A stretch of DNA of 64,000 nt from Bdellovibrionales bacterium (GTDB lineage Bacteria; Bdellovibrionota; Bdellovibrionia; Bdellovibrionales; UBA1609), in the NCBI GenBank assembly GCA_965261545.1, contig CBDHDF010000011.1, forward strand, positions 416,001 to 480,000, read 5' to 3'. The notes under the pieces are model-generated. The model was given only the letters and a program-made list of their open reading frames with translations, was not told the DNA's origin and ran no database searches. The translations under genes and the position numbers were made by a program. This document shows positions 59,601 to 64,000 of this stretch, in pieces (positions within the stretch are counted from its first letter, which is position 1; each line of letters starts with the position of its first letter).

Positions 59601-60761
59601 TCCAAAGAAGAGGGTTCTTGCTTGGCTAAGCTCAAGCCTCTCTGTATCGCCATAGAGTAGAACAGCGTAGGGATCAGCGTCGATGCAACGGCCGGCCAGC
59701 GCACTGCTGAAATGTGCCATCCATGCGTTCAGGCCACGTAGCGAGGTCGGTACACCTTCGTTTTGACGGAAGAGGTTGAATATTCGTTTTTGGGAGAGGC
59801 CATCATCAAAGCAACGTGCAAGCCATTTGGCACCGAGAAACTCTGCGATCACACGGTGAATATGTGAAAATTTGCATTCACTTTGACTTTGAAACAGGCG
59901 AGTTTTAAGCACATCATTTGCCGCTTTGCTGCGCGGAAGTTCTTTGATATCTGATATGTGCAGGAAGCCATCGGGCACATCTGAGTAGGGACCTGTGTAA
60001 ACGCCAGCGCAGTCACATAACAGCTGCATTGCACAGATTGCACCGGTGGCTAAGAGAAGTTCTTCTTTGTTCGTCATTACATGGGGATCTTCGTGATGGT
60101 ACTGATTTTCTTCTTTGAGCATGACACCACAAGCACTATCGAAGAGTTGGGCACGGGTGTTCGGGAGCGGATCTGAATTTTGTGCGACCTCGCCGAGCAT
60201 TCGTAGGGTTAGGGGATTTCCGTAGAGGGCCTCTATCCCACAATGCTCAAGGTGATTCAGGAGAACTTCAGCATCAATCTTCGGAAAATCTAACGACAAG
60301 AAGGAGTACGCATTGTCACGGGTAAAGGGTTGCAGGTGAAGCAGCCTAGGGACTACACCGTAGTCGTCTTTGATCTTGACTCGATCTACAGTCAACCAGT
60401 CGGCCTCACGGCAAGAGAGAACAAATTTGGGGTAGTTCATTGCCGAAAGCTTTTCGAGTACTTTTTCGATCGCGCTGCCGGGCGCAGCAGAAGCAATCTC
60501 GTCAAGCCCATCTATAATAATGACTCTTTGACCTGCGGAGATCAAAGAATCGGGTTTGGGAGTACGGGTGAGTTTGTCAGCGGAGATATACTTCGCACCG
60601 GGTTGTTTACTGAGTGCCTTGGTGAGTACGGTTTTTCCCAGACCTGGGTCACCGAGAATCACAACTGGACAATCAAATTCTCCGATTTTGTCTTGTTCTA
60701 GGGTTGTCCTCTCACACTCAGGGCCATCGTAGGCAAGTGTTCTCATAATTGGGGCGAGCAT
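56646..60761 (-). CDS. NACHT/STAND NTPase with C-terminal PD-(D/E)xK-like domain (probable defence protein)
   Basis: ILGDPGLGKT, IIDGLDE, LSCR, GNPL.L, HRVIAEFLGAKWL; C-terminal EPE...RVDI..AEIKGQWH..DQL. Confidence 0.75.
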   Translation of the reverse strand: MLAPIMRTLAYDGPECERTTLEQDKIGEFDCPVVILGDPGLGKTVLTKALSKQPGAKYISADKLTRTPKPDSLISAGQRVIIIDGLDEIASAAPGSAIEKVLEKLSAMNYPKFVLSCREADWLTVDRVKIKDDYGVVPRLLHLQPFTRDNAYSFLSLDFPKIDAEVLLNHLEHCGIEALYGNPLTLRMLGEVAQNSDPLPNTRAQLFDSACGVMLKEENQYHHEDPHVMTNKEELLLATGAICAMQLLCDCAGVYTGPYSDVPDGFLHISDIKELPRSKAANDVLKTRLFQSQSECKFSHIHRVIAEFLGAKWLARCFDDGLSQKRIFNLFRQNEGVPTSLRGLNAWMAHFSSALAGRCIDADPYAVLLYGDTERLELSQARTLFFGLKKLFEQDSYFKLEGWGRHSASGLMRSELREEILSEIAPKCSTQFNELLLEAMAGTKLAKEKELVQTLKNIMLDQTRTFHSRLYAWKALHTNIDQKKQEEIVNSLLNLNDSDSAQLAGDILADIKASTLSLRIIIDIIINYAKFVDNPNATSASYKPQHLLNSVFQNFNTNQLPTLLDGIAKHAKPLFDDNKYSSKRQFIVDILSYLMAQILTADSTIKPSRIWSWIVWRNGDLDYCSDMVKMLASIFCDNKALRQALQKHICLTSCADNFVKKVCRLPSTGLDLFPNSKDIADLLPTLRTRVDNGAIDPDMWRNLLQFGQTENGLAPVVYKAAIEVANGNEKLVTILDELINIPVSEPEWKTMQKEQKVERKAKRDQVFQQHCNNLAAQVSDIDTVDIYTLSKPAFVYLDHACLNGHELFDPNTSPESRMHDFLGEELGERVMLGFISVLERDDLPSSSKIAELYCDNKSDNATIPMICGVAEMLRRNHSLDAVNRDTLFATYMALALQQFTFSTMGNNISEEIERVLFQKESDWETHFCTSIEPQLECGSEHINELYRLTNNSHLTNLARRLAVDWLSRYQAMPLSNQETLLICALRSDETQLKIVRNLVSDRIMVNSPLATSAVDPRLSGCGVVRERLLWLSAGYDIDFDKYRTLLKKAAEDHQDFLWFIRDRVSPERRDAHFNRFSVNQLAFIVENFGTTWSLTNQSNSVTVTPDNLNPWDATEFIQDAIDAIAGHPQSEATEALQRLIDNHAPSYINCLKHALALQHRVQRDHDYVPPKIKELQAVMKDDLPETIDDMRSYFADRLEELQERIQGSNTDIWEVYWKDKDEPQDENFCRNRMIECILQQLPESIRFEPEMHMPNQKRVDIAAICNNIGLPAEIKGQWHPNVWNAANDQLENYTRDWRAEGRGVYIVLWFGENVLPQKKLKRHPDDIEQPKTPGRLQELLIDRLPEARRTDIDVFVIDVSNPANPTNPQSP

Positions 60762-60836
60762 TGGGGAACTCCATTCTGATGTCCTTTTAGTTTATAGGGT
60801 ATAACCATTTTCCATTCTTCTAAATCTTCTTCAAAA

Positions 60837-62336
60837 TTAAATCACAACACAAACCCAAGCTCCATGGGCACCTTTCTGATTACCAAAAGTTATCTTACCA
60901 CCCCATGATTCAATGTCGAGTCTGGCTGTGTAAAGGCCTAGGCCATGGCCGCCTTTTTTTCCGTAGGTGAAGCCTTGAGTGCCTATGTGAGGGAGGGCTT
61001 TGTCGCTGAAACCTGGGCCTTCATCTGTGATGCATATGGAGATGGAGTTGTCTTGCTCTTTCATATGAATTTTAATCTCGCCTATTTGGTCTACCTCTCC
61101 TTCTTTTAGGCTTTTGTGACCTTTGTGGTGACTATGGTGGTTGGTGTGGTCGCTGTGGTCGTGGTCTTTGAGATTGATGTAGCTGTCATGGTCGCCATCG
61201 CTTCCGGAGCTTGATTGGGAGGGGAAGTTTGGACGAAGATCCGTACGGGAGGGACTCAAGCTCATAGCTTCAATAGCATTGTTTAAGATATTGGTGATGG
61301 CAGCCTTAAAATCTATGGGGTCCACTTCTTTTGTGTATGAAGAGGAGAAGGGGCAGGATTGAACTTCTGAGATGACAAGGTCCTGCTTTTGGGAGTTTTG
61401 AAATCGAATTTCAGAGGCGGCTTGCTCAACAAGATTGTAGAGGTTCACTTTGGCAAGTGGTTTGTTTTTCTTGTATTCAAGAGCCTTGGAAACAGATTCT
61501 TCAATCTCTTGTATGGAACCTCTTAGCATCTCTTCTTTTTCTTTGTCAAAGCTATTTCTTAGGAGAGGGAGGATAGTATTTATATTGCTTAGAGGTGTTT
61601 TAATATTGTGAAGCACCTTTTGGGAGATCTCATGGGAGACTTTTTCTCTTGTGCTTTCAGAAACCATCTTTTTCATCTCATCCAGAGCATGGGAAAGATT
61701 CTTGATGGATTTAAAGGATCCCTTAAACTCTTGAGGAACGTTTTTATCAATCTCTCCTTTTTTCAGGAGGCGATTGAGAAGTAAGATAAATCGGTCAAGG
61801 TATAGATTCATTCCAAGTAGTGTCAATACCGTGAGAGCGATGGCGAAGAGGAAGTTCAATGAGAAGACCATGAGAACCTGAGGTGTTCCTAGGGCTCCAA
61901 AGGAATCTAAGGCGAATGTGATCTGAACGAGAAGCCCTTTGTTGATAAAGATACAATAGGCATGTTGGCCACTACCTGATTTGTAATAGGAAGAGGGCAT
62001 GTTAGGATTGCAAATAAATTTTGTTCCTGTGTTGGAGGTGATTTCTTCTTTTGATATGAGGTCATAAAATAAGATGGATTTTATTTTGACGCCCTCGGAT
62101 AGCTCTTTACTAAGAAGCTGCTCCATGACTCTTCGGTAGTTGCCTTCGCCAACATCTCTGGACAAAAGGCTTAAGGCGAGTTCAGATTGAGAAAGAACTG
62201 ATTCTTTGAGCAAGTTCTTTCTTTGAATATGAATAATAAAAAGTGTAAAGGTCAGGTTCAAAATAATAGCTATAAGAATAATCAGAGCAATAAGTTTTTT
62301 CTTACTTAAAGAACTAGGCCACGGGATGAACTTCAC
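60837..62336 (-). CDS. Membrane sensor histidine kinase with a His-rich insertion
   Basis: Two TMs; KVLHNIKTPL H-box; NILNNAIEA; DEGPGF; GHGLGL; WGGKI. Confidence 0.92.
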   Translation of the reverse strand: MKFIPWPSSLSKKKLIALIILIAIILNLTFTLFIIHIQRKNLLKESVLSQSELALSLLSRDVGEGNYRRVMEQLLSKELSEGVKIKSILFYDLISKEEITSNTGTKFICNPNMPSSYYKSGSGQHAYCIFINKGLLVQITFALDSFGALGTPQVLMVFSLNFLFAIALTVLTLLGMNLYLDRFILLLNRLLKKGEIDKNVPQEFKGSFKSIKNLSHALDEMKKMVSESTREKVSHEISQKVLHNIKTPLSNINTILPLLRNSFDKEKEEMLRGSIQEIEESVSKALEYKKNKPLAKVNLYNLVEQAASEIRFQNSQKQDLVISEVQSCPFSSSYTKEVDPIDFKAAITNILNNAIEAMSLSPSRTDLRPNFPSQSSSGSDGDHDSYINLKDHDHSDHTNHHSHHKGHKSLKEGEVDQIGEIKIHMKEQDNSISICITDEGPGFSDKALPHIGTQGFTYGKKGGHGLGLYTARLDIESWGGKITFGNQKGAHGAWVCVVI

Positions 62337-63336
62337 CTTGCCTCCTTTCCATGATATCTTCTTTTAAAGATCCAGGTTGAAAAGGCCACATATTTTTCTT
62401 AGTCACTTGCACAGAGTAACCAGAAATTCTAAATTCTTTAAGGTGAAATATGTAAATATCGTCTATATGAAAATCACTGATTTTGTAGGTGCTTTTTTTG
62501 AGTTTGGAAAATCCTATTTTTTGAGTGGGAAAATAAGCATTTTGTTGTCTTTCTTCAAAAGCATAAAAATAAAAATGATCCACAAAATGAGTTACATTTT
62601 TAGATTTCCTTTGAGTCCTATCCTTCAATTTGTGAAATTCCCAATAAAATCTCCACGCTTCAAAGAACGCTTTTTCTAAGGATGAATAAATATTCTCATG
62701 ACAACCATATCCAAATATATTGTAAGGCACTTCATTTTGTGATATATGGCAACAAATGACAAAGAGTCCATAATCATTGGGGAGATGATAAAAATGAGAT
62801 TTGAGGTTATTCTTCATTCCTGAAAGAAGATTCAAAAGTCCCCATTTATAGATCCCAGTTATTTCTTGACACTCTTTCTTTCTGAGCCAAAAATCAAGAA
62901 CAACCTGTCTTTCAATGATCTCCCTGTAGGAGTTAAAAATGCCCATCAATGGATCCATGGAGAAACTTAGGCCATTGGAAGACTTTATTTGGTGTGTGTG
63001 GCTCTCAATTTTTTTAGAAAAATCAACCTTCAGCCCATTCATATTTTCATGAGAGATAGGTATTCTTTCAAAAAGTTCCCCAATACATCTCATTTGGGCT
63101 GTTTTTTGATTGTGCCCCTCACCAGTAGATTTGATGGTTTTTTTATTTATAAAAAGTTCACCCATATACCAGAAGAATGGTATAAGTGTTGGGCATCCAT
63201 TTGTATCTTTCATCTTTAATCGATCATCCTGAAGTAGGCAGTCAATGGATTTTTTAACGTCTGTGAAACGATATTTTTCCCCAAGTTTGTCTTTGGCGTC
63301 TGAGAAATGATTCTCTATGAGATGTGACACTCTCAT
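62314..63336 (-). CDS. YcaO-family protein (stand-alone), copy 2
   Basis: GEG...AQMRCIGELFER, SSNGLS...REIIERQ, GYGCH....LEKAFFEA, C-terminal HPVA. Confidence 0.83.
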   Translation of the reverse strand: MRVSHLIENHFSDAKDKLGEKYRFTDVKKSIDCLLQDDRLKMKDTNGCPTLIPFFWYMGELFINKKTIKSTGEGHNQKTAQMRCIGELFERIPISHENMNGLKVDFSKKIESHTHQIKSSNGLSFSMDPLMGIFNSYREIIERQVVLDFWLRKKECQEITGIYKWGLLNLLSGMKNNLKSHFYHLPNDYGLFVICCHISQNEVPYNIFGYGCHENIYSSLEKAFFEAWRFYWEFHKLKDRTQRKSKNVTHFVDHFYFYAFEERQQNAYFPTQKIGFSKLKKSTYKISDFHIDDIYIFHLKEFRISGYSVQVTKKNMWPFQPGSLKEDIMERRQGEVHPVA

Positions 63337-64000
63337 TCCTTATGCCAATCCCATAGGTTGAAGCTGCCATCAAAGTAATTCATCTCTTTGAGTTTATATT
63401 TACCTTTGGCACAGTAAACCATTCTTGTGTGCATGAGAGGCAAGATCATATAATTTTTTAGGAGCCCAAAATGAACCTCTTTAAGGAGGGAGATATATTT
63501 TGATCTATCGATTTCATTTTTTGACTTGTTTAAAAGTTCATTTAACTCTTTGTTGTCAGCGAAGAAGTTAAACAAAGGGTGATTGAATAAATAGATCATT
63601 TCCACAATGGGGTCCAAAGCGCTGACTCCAGAGTATATATACAAAAGGTCATATTCCTTTTTTTGTAAGAGGAGTGAATCACTCTTGGCATCTGAGAAAA
63701 TAATATTTAAATTCACACCAAAATCTTTGAGCTTCTCTTTTATCATAAAAGGTATAGGGCTTTCACCCATAATACTAAGGAGAAGTAAATTTATCTCCAA
63801 TTTCTCTTTTGTGGGCTGTGAATCATATAATTTTTCAATCTTTGATTCTTGAATTCTTGATATATTATTTTTTGTAAAAATTTGATCTGTTCTTTCTGCA
63901 ATTTCTTCATTGATTTTAGTATTTTTAAAGGCTTTCTTGATAAGAGAAAAAATATGTTTTCTTTTATCGTCAGTGTTCATTTTGTCAGAATTAACATTTG
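63333..64000 (-). CDS. Family-5 solute-binding protein, C-terminal part (runs off the window)
   Basis: YDLLY, D...R..LLKEVH..LL....ILPLMH; frame open to 64000; ATGA overlap with YcaO, as in copy 1. Confidence 0.7.
   Translation of the reverse strand, partial: NVNSDKMNTDDKRKHIFSLIKKAFKNTKINEEIAERTDQIFTKNNISRIQESKIEKLYDSQPTKEKLEINLLLLSIMGESPIPFMIKEKLKDFGVNLNIIFSDAKSDSLLLQKKEYDLLYIYSGVSALDPIVEMIYLFNHPLFNFFADNKELNELLNKSKNEIDRSKYISLLKEVHFGLLKNYMILPLMHTRMVYCAKGKYKLKEMNYFDGSFNLWDWHKE

Noticed and set aside
1..64000. CRISPR array or rRNA/tRNA genes
   Set aside because: No regularly spaced repeat-spacer units or RNA gene structures seen; the periodic tracts are coding low-complexity repeats.

Overview
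The window starts with the 3' part of a chromosomal rarA gene. The rest is mobile or accessory DNA, apparently a tandem pile-up of related integrative conjugative elements (ICEs). The first element (about 3.7-41.3 kb) carries a Mom-like DNA-modification gene, lipoproteins, a MOBC-like (Replic_Relax) relaxase, an FtsK-type ATPase, a compact VirB-like T4SS operon, a signalling cassette, type I Zorya, RloC and a large serine recombinase. Two further units (41.3-51.5 kb and 54.1-64 kb) start with the same ~0.8-kb block and carry Hachiman and two STAND/Avs-like nuclease-NTPases. IS1634, IS91 and IS4 elements and nested MITEs are also present. The main candidate for an undescribed system is a recurring cassette: sigma54 activator, stand-alone HisKA-like protein, small secreted protein with a Ser/Thr/Cys tail, permease-less OppA-like binding protein, stand-alone YcaO and histidine kinase. 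It occurs once in full, once as a diverged SBP-YcaO-kinase copy running off the window, and once as a kinase remnant. The full copy is transcribed divergently from a sigma54-type promoter facing the transfer operon, and each kinase is followed by anti-phage genes. I infer a RiPP-type peptide signalling (quorum-sensing) circuit controlling ICE transfer and possibly defence. All family calls come from motif reading only; no searches were run.
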